In this document: piece after piece, positions 36,720 to 49,612 of the stretch
How positions within the stretch are numbered: position 1 is the first letter of the stretch
Layout of the letters: each line of letters starts with the position of its first letter
Source: Nemertoderma westbladi
Taxonomy: Eukaryota > Animalia > Xenacoelomorpha
DNA: 64,000 nt
NCBI GenBank assembly: GCA_032718475.1
Contig: JAUCBJ010007486.1
Span: forward strand, 72,244 to 136,243
Direction of reading: 5' to 3'
Position numbers and translations under genes: made by a program
The notes under the pieces: model-generated
Told to the model about the DNA's origin: nothing
Databases searched by the model: none
What the model saw: the letters and a program-made list of their open reading frames with translations, nothing else

Positions 36720-39411
36720 ATGCCCTCATGTTGCGGATGCGGTATTAACGGCACTTGCAAGCGCGGTGCGTGGTGCCCCTGCGTGAGGCCAGCCCGAGAA
36801 TGCTGGGACTGCATTCCCAGCAAGCGAAGACGGTGCCTGAACGGCGGAGTCAGTCCGCCGACAACCCAGACTCAACCCACCCCGATCATTGATGGACAAC
36901 AAGACGGGCCGGCAGCCGCCGCCTCCTTCTGAGTTGGGGAGGGGGGACGACTCTCTTGACGATACATTGTTGGACCTGTCTGACAGCGATTGTTCTTTTC
37001 ACTCGCTGAGTGACACGTTGGTGACACGCCGCTCCCCATACCATGTCAGTATGTTGGTCCCGGCGGTCGGTTTGTCTGTCCCCCCGGGTCCACCCATCGG
37101 TCTGTTTGCCCCCACTGGTCCGCCAGTCAGTTTGTCTGTCCCCACGGGTCCGCCTGTCGGTTTGTCTGTCCCCACGGGTCTGCCTGTCGGTTTGTCTGTC
37201 CCCACGGGTCCGGCGGTCGGTTTGTCTGTCCCACGGGTCCGCCTGTCGGTTTGTCTGTCCCCACAGGTCCGCCTGTCGGATTGTCTGTCCCCACGTGTCC
37301 GCCTATCGGCTTGTCTGTACCCACGGGTCCATCTGTCGGTTTGCAAACCGTGGGACAGCCGCAAGTTACTACGGATGGAACTGTGTTCGGCAACCAGTGG
37401 AGCACGGGTGGGGAGCCAAAGGAACACCGACCCTCATGACCTAATGACGAGGGCATATGGGGCCCCACTGGTAGGGAAGGGGGCCGCGCCGGATTGCCTG
37501 CTCCATCAGTGGAGACAGGCGACTCATCTTTGCGGTTCCAAATACAGACTACCAGGGGGTGCAGTGGGCTGTGACGTAGTTGCGACGCTGGCGGAGGAGG
37601 CGATGGCCTTTGTGTCTGGGTTGCGCCACAACATAGCCAACGCGCGTTCGGAGAGGATTGTACTTTTGGACGCATTGCTCTTCCACCGCAACCCAAAAGT
37701 TGTAAAGGCCGCGGATATCCAGCGCCTTCTGAGCCGCAGATTACAGATGTGGAATGCCGGGATTATGGAGGCCTTACTCCAGGAGGCGGAGTGCTGCTCC
37801 CTCAAGTTCAGGTCAGGGCGGCATGCGAGAAGCAAGCCGGCTGGTGAGGACAAGGATCACACGATCCGAGTTTTTACTCATCTGATGTTAGAAGGGAAGG
37901 TACGCAGCGCTGTATGCTGGGTGACTGGTCGGGAGAGCGGCGGTTTGTTAGACCCTGACCAGGAAGTCGACACAGGAGGTGGAAATGTTAAAGTCCTCAA
38001 TATCCTGAGAGCCAAGCATCCCCCTACCCCGACACCCCCCCCAGAATCTCTCCTCCAACCAGATGAAGAACTCCCAATCCACATCCAATCACAGCTAACG
38101 CCTCCGTGACGCCATCGCCGATATTGCGCAGTCCTTTGCCATCACTGTTATACTGTGGGAGTCCGCACGTGCCCTTATGTCGTGTCGGCTGATTGCCCTG
38201 GATAAATGCCCAGGAGTTCGGCCGATCGGGATTGGGGAGTGCTTGCGTCGAATTCTTGGTCGCTCAATGGCTGAAGCTACGGGGGATGACATTATGGCAA
38301 CCTGCGGCGCCGAATAGCTCTCCGCCGGCACATCAGCAGGGGTGGAGGCCGCTGTCCACACGATGGCAAATCTGTTCAACCAACGGAGTTTAACTCTCTA
38401 AACCAGACAGCCGCGCTGTGGAATGTGCGTCGGCTGTGGCCCCGATGCTCGCTGTTTCTGTTTAATAGTTACCGGGGGGATGGCATACTAACAATACGCG
38501 GGACCGAGGAGGTGATATTCAGTGAGGAGGGATCCATGCAGGGTGATCCTCTCGCGATGCTCGAGTATTCTTCAGGGATTCTCCCCCTCATTCACCTCCT
38601 GCGTAAACCACCGGATACTCAACTGGTTCAGAACTGGTATGCGGATAACTCAGGGGCGGGAGGTAGACTGGAGTTGGTTCTCGAATGGTTCATCAAGCTG
38701 CAGCGGTTTGGACCAACACTCAGGATACTTCCCGGAGCCAATGAAATGCTACCTCATAGTAGCCCCAGAGTTTGTCGAGGATGCCCGTAGAGTGTTTGCT
38801 GGCCAATCGATAAATATTGTGTCGGGTCATCGATTCCTCGGTGGGTACATATGCGGCGCTGTAGAGAGGAGGGGCCATGTCCGGGCTGAGGTAGCTGGGT
38901 GGGTTGCCTCTGTTGATCGTCTAGCTGAGATGGCAGAGGCCCAGCCCCAAGCCGCATTTGCAGCTATGGCCTGCTCCCTCCAGCGGGAGTGGGCCTATTT
39001 ACAACGGGTAACCCCGGACTGTGGTGAGGAATACGAGGTGCTGGAGGAGGCGATAACCGAACGGTTTCTCCCGGCAATCTTAGGAAGTGAGATATCCTCC
39101 CAAGAGTGAAAACTATTCGGTCTGTCCCCCCACAACGCTGGGCTCGGGCTGTAAAATCCGGTGTCCGAGGCCGCCCAGTCCTTCTCGGTTTCATAGAAGG
39201 GGACCGCTTCCCTTGCGGCAGCCATTCTTGGTAAGAGTTCACTCGTACACTCGGAGCATCTGGACTGTCTGAAGCGCGTGTGGAAAGAGGGTCGGGAACA
39301 GCAGATGTTGCGGGAGAAAGTCAACCTCGAATCCACGCTAGAGGAGTTAACGGACCGTCGCAGTTGGACAGTACGGCGTGTCGCCGATTTCCGCTCGAGC
39401 GGGTGTATTTC
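36720..39411 (+). mobile_element. Decayed CRE-like non-LTR retrotransposon, 5' part (Cys-rich N-terminus + RT)
   Basis: N-terminal CCGC...C..C.C...C..C cluster. RT motifs lie across frames (LIALDKCPGVRPIGIGECLRR, GVEAAVH, EGSMQGDPLAM, WYADN, GYFPEP.KC, GHRFLGG) with several stops, frameshifts and deletions. Clade call is from motif recognition. Confidence 0.85.
37055..37345. repeat. 30-bp minisatellite inside the CRE-like ORF (PTGPPVGLSV repeats)
   Basis: Unit CCCACGGGTCCGCCTGTCGGTTTGTCTGTC, about 9-10 copies; one 29-bp copy shifts the frame. Confidence 0.9.
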
Positions 39412-40599
39412 TGTAAAGGCTTTTGCGGATTTAGCTGGTTATTTTCCCCGCAAAGTACTCTGTAGGTGTTTTAGCGGACATAAAAAGCCGTTTCCTTACT
39501 GTACAGGTGTTTTAGTGGACATAAAAAGCCATTTCTTCTGTATGTGTACTTTAGCGGACATAACAAGCAATTTTATGCCGCAATGCACCAAAATACTCTT
39601 AATACAGTGTAGTTCAGATGACGACATCTATCAGCTGATATCTGATATGTCGACATGTAGCTTTTGGCTTTCTTTGTTCAGGCTCATTCACTCGACCAAT
39701 CAGAGCGATTTTCATTTTATTTGCACAGAGGCCTCCGGGAAATCGCGCAATGCATTATGGTCTTTGTTTACCTTTTTTCCTGAGCCCCGAACATCGGCTG
39801 TGGAATTATTCTATGTTTCAGACTTTAGCCAAACATTAGAACGGCTTTGATCATAGAAACGTATAACTGTTATTCTATCTACCACTTATCATATCATAAC
39901 TATATGTACCTTTCACCGCATTATTTTGCTGCTATTTACTGTCGGTTATTAATTGTATCAGTTGATGGAATATTGTTATATTTGGAGAATATCGATAAAT
40001 AATCAGAAACCCCCAATCTTCTTGATATACTGAAGGTTAGAGAGACCGGTTACATATAGCAATTGCGACTTACATTATAGTGGTTTTGGAGTGAATTGAA
40101 TGCTATTTCATAGAACCTACATGTGTCAGTTGCTGTTCTCCTTATATATGATTAAAATTAGTGAAGGTCGGCAGATCAGTGTGCAGCAGTGGGCGGTAGT
40201 GTGCATGAGTGTGATAGATAACAAAGCATCTCCTAAAGAATGCGCTTTATACGTGAATCAATAGCCATCCCGTTGTGTTTAGTGTAAGTCATAACTCTGT
40301 TTACATACTTAGAGCACCACGTCCTAAAGGAACTGTTAATATTTCCCGAAAGTGAATAATATTTGTCAGAGATTATATATTAATGATCAATCGAGTAATA
40401 CAGTAGGCCTATACCGCAATAAGGTCAGAGCATCCGAATCCAGTCTCCCTTAACCGTGGGTGAATGGTCGCGCATAGGCTGGCTTCGCCTAATGTAGCTT
40501 TATGTGTATCAAATACTTGTTATAGGCTAAAGTCGATTTATAACCTAGAAGACACCTAAATTGGCAGGTTAAACTGCTAAAGATCTAAAAGCGCGAACA
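39412..40599 (+). repeat. 5' LTR of BEL-B (1188 bp)
   Basis: Direct repeat of 60935-62128; by eye about 20 substitutions plus one 6-bp indel. Confidence 0.96.
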
Positions 40600-40610
40600 A
40601 TAACAGTTAT
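40600..40610 (+). promoter_or_regulatory. Non-tRNA primer-binding site of BEL-B, complementary to its own LTR
   Basis: ATAACAGTTAT abuts the LTR end; its exact reverse complement ATAACTGTTAT lies at 39863-39873 (and 61386-61396 in the 3' LTR). No TGG follows the LTR. Confidence 0.75.
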
Positions 40611-42532
40611 TGCTTCTTTATTGCAACGTAGGCAATAAAGGTAAAAGTACCAGTCGACCGGTAACCAGTAGGCCTAACTACCTAACCACCCGAACCGGAA
40701 CTTACAGCAGTACAGGTACAGCAGTATTATTCGATTTTGATAATTATATACCGGTAGGTCTTGATATTTAATCAGGGACGGCCACCCTGGTCTTTTATTG
40801 GGATTTTACTTATTTCTGTCAGTTTTATTTATTTGTAAGTTAATATTGAGCAGAAGGCGTGTAAGCCTGCTCAGATTGTACAGATAATTTGTAGGCTGGA
40901 CTGTTGTCTGGCTATTGTTAGGTCTGAAGAGATTGCAGTGTGTGTAGAGTGTATGTCCGATAAAGTACTAGTTAGGAACGTAGGGGCATCCAGTGCTGTA
41001 AGATAAATCCCCCCAGAAAGAATAAGTCGTACTACTCGGTTAGAACGCATACTAACTAACCATTTCGGAGTCTGCATATACTGTAGTTTATTTAGGCTTG
41101 ATAGTAGTCTGCCAGCGTTTGGTCTGTATTTTGTTTGTGTAGTCTGTACGGGTAGCGTAATATTTATTATTCAGAGTTTATGCGATTATTTGCAACATTC
41201 ACAACCCCAAGTTTATTCCTACAGTAATTGTGCTTGTTATACATACCGTTATAGTTAAATTAACCCCAGTACTACATCAGGGCTGTTTGGCGTAGGTAAA
41301 GACTGGTGATTTTATGCTCTGGTCACTCCGGCAGATACCGTGGTTCTTTTAGCTGTACAAGTATTTTTAACTGCTGGTTATTTGTTGTATAAGTACTTGT
41401 ACCTAATTTAGGGTTTAGTGTACAGTGCTTTCCGAAAGTAATTAGTTTGTAGGCAGTATATTTGTGTTGTAAAGTGGTTAATAGGCACGTTAGCCATAGT
41501 AGGCTGCGGTACTTAACTTCTAGGTAGAAACACTCCGGGTACATAACGTAGTACTTATAGCGCTACGGCTATAAGTCGTCAGACGGTGGTATTTTTCCTA
41601 TCTAGACAACGCAATATATTTACTACTGCTTTATTATTTTCAAGTACCGTAGTATCCTGTCCGTTTGTAATTCCAGATATTCCAGAATCCAGATATTCTA
41701 ACCCCTTGTTAGGCTGGTTTGTAGATTTCTTGTAAAATTAACCCTAAAAATTCGTACGTGTAATTTTTGTGTTTATTTAGAGATTGTAATCTCACCCGCA
41801 ATTGTACATAATTTGTAGTAATAAGTAACTTAGGCAAGTAGAATTATTTGTTTTAGTGTCCAAAACAATAGGTAGCACTCCACTGAGAGCGTACAGCTTC
41901 TGTGTAGTGACTCCTTCCCAGAAATAATAACATTTATTTCCAATATTGTAACAAAACCCATTAAAAGGGTATATATATATATATATTATAAATCAACTCA
42001 AACCGATTTATAAAATAGTAGGCCTGTCATACAACAATTAGGTCTTAATATCAGTTGGACTACTGCTTAAATAACGGTAATAAAGTAAAGTAAAGTAACT
42101 AAGTAACCCTAAAAATTCAGAAATTCAATTATTCTAAAATAATTGACATACCGGTATTTGCGATAGGCTTATTATATTTATTTCTATAAATTTGAGCTGA
42201 AATTATATACCGGTATTCTGTAATTAATTCTAGTCTATAATTATACTTATATACTATAAGTGTAAGTTGTATACTGGTATTCACGATAGGCTTATTATAT
42301 ATTTATATATACATGCGCTGAAATTATATACCGGTATTCTGTGACAAACCTAGTCTGTAATAATACTTATATATACTATAAGTGTATACCGGTACACTAA
42401 TATATTGTATATATATCACGTTACATAGAGTAACGATATCGGTAATTAATTACTAGGCTAACAGTTGATACTGAATTACTAGACTTGCTTCAACTGTAAT
42501 ATAGCAGTAGGCATTCAACTGTACAAACAAAC

Positions 42533-45500
42533 ATGTCTGACACAATGCAAAACCTGTCAGACAGTCTCCTAGATACAACCATCTATGACCCAGATAGGAG
42601 TGCTGAACGTTTGAGACCGAAGTTCAACTCACCTCCTACTGTAAGAAAAGTCATCCTTCCAGTAATAGTATCAGACCCTAGGCTAGTCAAACACCGTAGG
42701 TCTATCATAGGCACTCGGGCTCAAGTCAAGAGGGACCAAGAAGCAGCTGTTAAACAGCAGCAACACGCGAGCCGAGAACTTATTTCTCAGCGGCCCGATA
42801 GCTCCAGTAGTTCAGATACTGTAGAGCTGACACCCGAGCGCGGAGCAAAGATGGCAGATGCGGTTTATTCGGACCCCCTTCTCATTCTTCCTGCAGCCGT
42901 ACTCACTAGGTTATTGATTGCGGTGGAAGAACACCAAATCGATTGGGCGAGAAGTAAGCGATCGACCAAGGATAGTTATGTGGGATACACAAGGGAGGAA
43001 CTGAAATCTATTGTCGAGTCGCAATGGAACTTCCCCGGACCCGGACTCCCGTTTAACTTATCGGAAGCTGCCTGGGAAGACTTACACAGGATGGGAGTGA
43101 CAAAGGACACTAGTGATCCAGCTGTATGGAAGAGGTCGGCAGCAGGATATGTACAGAGATTCTTCAGCTCTTTGGAGCGATTTGAGGAACAACTGTTTCA
43201 ACAACTCCAAGGACCTCAAGAGCAGGGAGAGCTGCTTTATCAAGTTCGAGAAAGAATTCTAAGAATCAGACTAATCTTATCGGCCTTTGAGGAAGCTTCG
43301 AAAAGAAGACAAGACACGTCGTTGCAAGTTGCCGTAAAGACTTGGTTCCAGCGGGTGGGTCTCAAGGTTCAAGGAACGGCCCAGTGGAAATCTCAGTTGG
43401 CTGAGCGCCCAACCCATGGAGAATCAACAGACGCTACCTTTTCTCAAGTGGAAAGCGAAGCGACAGCAGAGAAACCGCAGAAGAGGGACGCTATTGACAT
43501 CTATCTGTCATACTATCAACGATTTCTAGGTGATGAAGAGTTGAGGAGACGGCTGGCTGGACTTCGCCCTAATAGTGAAGGAGCCAAGCTTGTGTTGGAC
43601 GCAATAGATGCGGAAATGTTAGCTGCAAACCAAGCTAAATTTGATGAACGCCTCCGCATCGCTAGAGTCCAAGAAGAACAAGTAAAGAAAAAACGTATAG
43701 AAGACAGAAAGACAGCAGCAGCGGCAGCGGCAGCGGCAGAAGTTGAAAGAAAAGCGGCAGCGGCAGCGGCAGCGGCAGCGGCAGCGGCAGCGGCAGCGGC
43801 AGCGGCAGTGGCAGAGGCAGAAGCGGAAAGAAAGGGGGTAGAAGTGGAAAGAAAGGCGGTAGAAGTGGAACGAAAGGCGGTAGAAGTGGAAAGAAAGGCG
43901 GTAGAAGGGGAAAGAAAAGCGGCAGTGGCAGCGGCAGAAGCGAAAAGAAAAGCAGCAGAGGCAGTGGCAGAAGCAGAACGGAGAGCGTCTGAAGAGACCA
44001 CCCAACTAGAGTTGGAAAATCTTCAAGAGAATCAAGACTACATAAATAAACAGTTAACAGCTAGTCAGATGCAGATGATAAGTTGATCTACTCCCAAAAG
44101 GCAGGGATTTACATCATCTGATGAAGGCGATACCACCGATCCTGAAGGCGGAGGAAATAGATCTCGTCTAAACAGGCGTAGAAGAATGCCCCACCATCAG
44201 AAATTGCCTGATTTGCCCCCAGCTGTGAGAAGGCAACTAGCTAGCACGGACTTAGGTAGTACAGAACCCACAGACCAAATTATTAGAGTAAAAAGACTCC
44301 CTACTATAGTAGATGAGCCTGAAATAATTAGGCCTGTTCTCGAAGCCACCCCCTCTGTGATAGAGACCCCTGTACTTCCAGAACCCAACTCTAAATTCCC
44401 TTTGCACAGCACTAAACTACCTGTGCCCAGCAGAACAGCCCCTGAGACAGCTCCTGTCCTGGACTCCGAGCGAAATATCAATGATTTGTCGCCCATTGTC
44501 CCTCGTCCGCCTGCTACTATGTTGGCGGCTCCCGCTTCGGCGGTCGAGTGGGTGGATGAGGGACGGCGGGGGATGGATCTCCTGCTCGGGCAGATGCAGG
44601 AGACTGTTCAACAGTTCAAGGGCACAGTCAGGGAAAGTAGGTTAGAGTTGCAAGAAGTGCAGCAAAGTATCGCGTTAGAACGCGATAAATTGGTAAATAC
44701 CCAAAGGGGTATACCACCAACCCCGGTAACAATGTGTCAACCTGTTAGGTCTGAAGTATTTCATGCGCCAGGTGTGGAGCCTACACGCATCTATACTGCT
44801 AGTGAAGTAGAAACTCCTGTAGTAAACCCTATTAAGGGTAATTATAAACCTGTTGACAATGATATTCCATATAGACCTAATCATAATCCGAGAAATTTAT
44901 ATACCGATAACTCGATATTAAATAACACGATGGCCCAAGAAAGTTTTACACGTCAAATGGCTAGAACCGAAGCCCGTCAAGCAGTAAAGGTGGGAGAGAT
45001 CGTCAAGTTCAATGGAGATGAGATGAAATGGTTACCTTTTAATGAATATTATAAAGATAACATACAGAACTCTGTGCTATCTAACGGAGAGAAACTTAGA
45101 TTCCTCATCGAGTGCTTGGAAGGATCTCCCAAGTTAATGGCGTTAAAGTTTATTGGACATCCAGATGGATTAAGACAAGTTTGGGATACACTAAACATCA
45201 GGTATGGTAATAGGAATAACATAGCTAGGTATTTGTATGCAAAATTGGTAGCGCCCCGAAAGTTCATTATCAGCGGGATTATAGAGTTTTCCGATGAGAT
45301 TCAGGAGATCTGTAGACAATTAGATTGGCTAGGTAAGTCTCATGAATATCAGAGTTCTATGGTTATTGGAGCTGTAGCATCTACTTTACCCAAGGGTGGA
45401 GTAGGTACACGCTGGGATAAGAAAGTGTTATATATGATGGAACAACAACGACGAGACCCTACCATGGCTGATCTTATGTCATTCTTAGATGGCGAAGTAA

Positions 45501-47307
45501 AATTACAGCTCCTAAAGCAGTCCAGGGAGAAGACACCGGAAAATAAGGTAAGTGAGAAACCCATTTCTAGGAGAAAGGTAACACCAGTGTGTTATACAGA
45601 CGACGGCGAAAGCCAGGCTTCTCAAGAAGAGGACAGCGGGAAAGACACTGAAAGATCTTACTATGTTAACAAAGCGTCTAAAGACGTAAGTAAATTCAAG
45701 TCTCGAAACAATGACAGGAGAGAACAGGTAAGAAAAACTCCTCCTACGTCTCCTAAGAGAATTCACGGAAGAAAGCCTGAGGAAAGAACGAGTGTGCACA
45801 ACGTTACCCAAAGTAAGGTAAGTAACATCAAACCGAAATGTGCGCTGTGCGACGGGCCCCACCGTTTAAGTGTGTGTGATGAATTCCTAAAGAAATCATT
45901 AAAAGATAGACGTGAAGTCATGTGGGATAAGCTGTTGTGTTATAATTGCCTCAGACAAGGACACCAACGACGAACCTGTTACTCCGACGCAAGGTGTGCA
46001 AAGTGCGGCGTGAAACATCATATCTTGTTGCACACTGAATTCGAAAGAAACAGCCCGAGTCAGGTAAATGAGTCCGAACTACATGTCCAATTCAGTGATG
46101 TGAACGACACTGACCAAAGTTCTGAGATGGAAGGATTCTATACGGACGAATTCTCCGACGAAAACAAATCCTGTTACCTAATAAATATCGAGCACTTACG
46201 TATGAGAAGGAAACCGACAATGAGCTCCCCCTAACTACTCCTGACCGACAACCATCTTGGAAAGCACCTACTTCCAACGTAGGAATCCGAGAATTTCCCA
46301 TAGTGCAGTTGAGAGTCCACGGGCCAAACAAAAGCTATATAGTGAACGCCCTCCTTGACTCCGGCAGCACAGGAACATTCATCGACAAAGAACTAGCCGA
46401 AGACATCTTTACTGGACAACCCAAGTTCCGAACTAAGTTAAACATGTCAGGAATTATGCAGGTTTGGAAATCTACAGTAATTGCAGATTATTATGTAGGT
46501 GCATTGTCCACCCCCCAGGATGAACTAGGAGAACACAGCATAAGGTCAGTAAAAATGGTGGCGATAAAGAACTTCGCTACCAGCCAAGTGGAACCTTATA
46601 ACTGGGATGAGGACGATTTCACCCAGCAGCATAAGATACCTAGATTCAATACAGACTATCCTGGAGTGCAAATACTCATCGGCCAAAATGCGCATGAGGC
46701 GCTTGAGACATTGGAGAAACGGCCTGCTCAACCGCAACCACTACAAACCTATGCGGGAAGAACTAGAGTAGGTTGGTACTTCACTGGCCCTTCCCGTAGA
46801 ACTCTCATAGAAAGGTTACCCAAAGAGCGGGTCTACCAGGTAAGTGAATGGGAAGAGGAGAACAGTGAGGTAGACGATACAACTGAGGGAACACCATACT
46901 CCTCAGATAATGACGACATCCACCAACTCTTCGACGAGGAGAAGACCATCGACCTCCTTACGGAAAACGAAACTTGGCAAAACCAGGTGAACCTATGTCA
47001 CCTCATTCATCCAGCTGAACAAGTCGAATACAATGACGAACTGAATGAAGTGATAGATCACTATAACGCGAAGACTCGCGATGAACACGCCGTACGATTC
47101 TTTACTCAAGAGGCTGTAGAGCCCAATTCCTACGATAAGGCCATATTGGTAGAAGAAGAAAGAGCCAAGCAGATCCAGGAGACAACTACACGTTTTCTTA
47201 AAGATCAAGGTAGATATGAAATTGGTCTGCCATTTCGAAAGCGAGAACCTAAATTTATAAACAACCGACCCTTGGCGGAGAAAAGAATTGCGCAACTACA
47301 TCGACGC
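42533..47307 (+). pseudogene. BEL-B gag-protease region, disrupted
   Basis: Collinear with the BEL-A ORF. In-frame TGA at 44084-44086 (CGA in BEL-A), a ~10-bp deletion frameshift near 46186, then interruption by BEL-C. Confidence 0.93.
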
Positions 47308-47759
47308 TGTCATAAAATATATATATTCAAGTAGGGAAATAAAGTTTGTTTTCGTTAATGATTTAATGTTAATGTGCATAGTACAGTAGTTGGCAACAGC
47401 AGGGGTTCATTGACATCAACTCATACATTATATCATTGATATACATACAGTATCGTCTATATTATTAACTATTGTTTGTACAACGCTAGAATTACCTCAT
47501 CGTTTGGAAGACATGCCCCTGCTGTTCGTCCTAATTAAAAGGGTCAATTAGTATTGCTACAATAATAGGAGTATACATAGAGTGTTGGTGCGGTGATGGT
47601 AAAACCAGTTGCTAATTGTCGTTGTAATATGTGTCATTTTTGTAATTAGTTAGTTAATTATTAAATTAGAGAAATATGTAATCATAATATTGTGTTTTTT
47701 TAAACTGTTCATGGGCGGTTCAACAATCAGAAGAATATACATTCATCCCGTTCATGACA
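47308..47759 (+). repeat. 5' LTR of BEL-C
   Basis: No differences seen by eye versus 53878-54329. Confidence 0.97.
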
Positions 47760-47769
47760 TGGCGCCCGA
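47760..47769 (+). promoter_or_regulatory. tRNA primer-binding site of BEL-C (tRNA-Lys-like)
   Basis: TGGCGCCCGA directly after the LTR matches the start of the tRNA-Lys(UUU)-type PBS. Confidence 0.7.
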
Positions 47770-48079
47770 TGTTAAACGGCAGTAATATTCAACTGGGTAA
47801 GTCAAACTTCATTAGGATTACAGAATCACAGTAATTATACTGTGTTAATTCATGTTGCGTTGGTATCTTCTATCTAATTGCAACAACCAAGGACAATATG
47901 AAATTATCGAAATCTGTTAATGCAAATTAGCGTCAACTACAGTAACTTCATAAACGTCTGACTTACTCAATTGTACTGGTACGTTACAGTAAGCACCAGT
48001 ACGACGCAAAACAGGATTGCTTCTGTCGCTTACATATTAATTCACAGGTTCAACACAGGATTTCCCAACATCAGAAAAC

Positions 48080-49612
48080 ATGTCAGAAATAGACGGGGAA
48101 TTAACACAACTCAAACGTTCTCGTGGAATACTACGGGGAAAAGTCACTAGAGCGCAGAAGAGACTGAATACGCAACTTGACGAAGCTGAGAGGACAACAT
48201 TGATGGAGACGTTTAAAGATTTGAATCAACGACTCTTAGAGGCCGATATGCAAATCGGTATACAGCTCGAAGATGACGAAATGGAAAGCGATCTGGACTA
48301 TTCAGATGAGTATCAAACAATAATAAACAATGCAATTGCTTTCTTACGCAAGTCACTACCCACCAATCAGCATCATGCTGGTTATCACTCAAATACCACA
48401 CTCAATGAACCTAGTTTTCAAGGTGTACATAATTCAACAGAATACATGTCCCACTTATCTATAATTCAAAATCAAACAGAAGGGAGAGTTTTAGCACGTT
48501 CAATGCTGTCCAAACTAAAACCCCCTACATTTGGTGGTAATTTGTTGGATTTCAAAGGCTGGCATGAAGCATTTCTCACAGCTATTGATGAAGCACAGGT
48601 GCCTGATGTTATAAAATTTCAGTACCTACGTCAGAGTCTCAAGGGCGAAGCCCTTAAGACTGTTGGAGGGCTAGCAGTAAACGGAACTAATTATTCAATA
48701 GCCATGAAATTATTAACTGAAAGATTTGGCAATGAAAGACAAATTATCAGGGCACACATAGAGCAAATAAGAGCCATTAGAAAAACCAAAACAACGTTAC
48801 GAGAAATTTATGATCATTGTCAATCGCATGCAAGGGCTTTAGAAGCACTAGGTGTTTCAACTGACAAATATGAGCTGACAGTAGTTCCAGATGTGTTAGC
48901 TGCACTTCCAGAGAGAATTGCACTAAGATTTTGTCGTAAAAATAAAGATAAAGTTGAAAACCTTGAATGGATAATGGAACAAATCAAGGGGGAGTTGGAA
49001 GCTCAGGAAATGCTATCCAATACAATAAACCCACCCCATTCAATAGACACTTCGTTGAGCAGTGATGGCCAAAACAGCTATCAACAATCGGTAGAAACCC
49101 CCAATGCACCCTTTCGTGATAAACTTAAGGAAAAACACGTCAACAGACACACATACGGCGCAACAGCTGCTAATTTTGTGGCTAGTGTAACAAATGATGG
49201 AAAGGCTCACGTAAATGCCCAGTCGAGCTCAAGTACAGCAAAATTGGGATCAAAACAAACAATTGTACCACATTGTTTGTTCTGTAGACAAATTCATTAC
49301 TCAGCTGATTGTTCGACAGTAACTGACCCTTTGGAAAGAAAGGAAATACTAAAAGAAAAAGGCCGTTGCTATATATGTTTAAGCAAAGAGCATATGGCAA
49401 ATAAATGCCAATCGATAAAACAATGCAAATTTTGCAACAATCGTTTTCACCATCCTGCAATCTGCCTGAAACGAGGTGTAGGCCCACAACGTCAATCTAC
49501 AGTACTTGTTACTTCAACAGAAACAACCAATACACAACTGGAAGTACCAAAACCTACAAATATTACGTTGTCATATTTATTTTACGGGAAGTGCTCGAAC
49601 GACATTCATTAA
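48080..49612 (+). CDS. BEL-C Gag (510 aa)
   Basis: LKPPTFGG..DF..W...F, KFQYLRQSLKGEA, LLTERFG and three Zn knuckles (CLFC..H...C, CYIC....H....C, CKFC...HH..IC). Confidence 0.92.
   Translation: MSEIDGELTQLKRSRGILRGKVTRAQKRLNTQLDEAERTTLMETFKDLNQRLLEADMQIGIQLEDDEMESDLDYSDEYQTIINNAIAFLRKSLPTNQHHAGYHSNTTLNEPSFQGVHNSTEYMSHLSIIQNQTEGRVLARSMLSKLKPPTFGGNLLDFKGWHEAFLTAIDEAQVPDVIKFQYLRQSLKGEALKTVGGLAVNGTNYSIAMKLLTERFGNERQIIRAHIEQIRAIRKTKTTLREIYDHCQSHARALEALGVSTDKYELTVVPDVLAALPERIALRFCRKNKDKVENLEWIMEQIKGELEAQEMLSNTINPPHSIDTSLSSDGQNSYQQSVETPNAPFRDKLKEKHVNRHTYGATAANFVASVTNDGKAHVNAQSSSSTAKLGSKQTIVPHCLFCRQIHYSADCSTVTDPLERKEILKEKGRCYICLSKEHMANKCQSIKQCKFCNNRFHHPAICLKRGVGPQRQSTVLVTSTETTNTQLEVPKPTNITLSYLFYGKCSNDIH

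Noticed and set aside
39278-39850. 190-aa ORF, and its 111-aa twin at 61038-61373
   Set aside because: Chimeric read-through from CRE into LTR sequence; no recognisable domain and not evident in the BEL-A LTR.
49405-49612. Programmed -1 gag/pol frameshift in BEL-C
   Set aside because: No canonical slippery heptamer, and the protease active site is missing at this point; a deletion explains both better.
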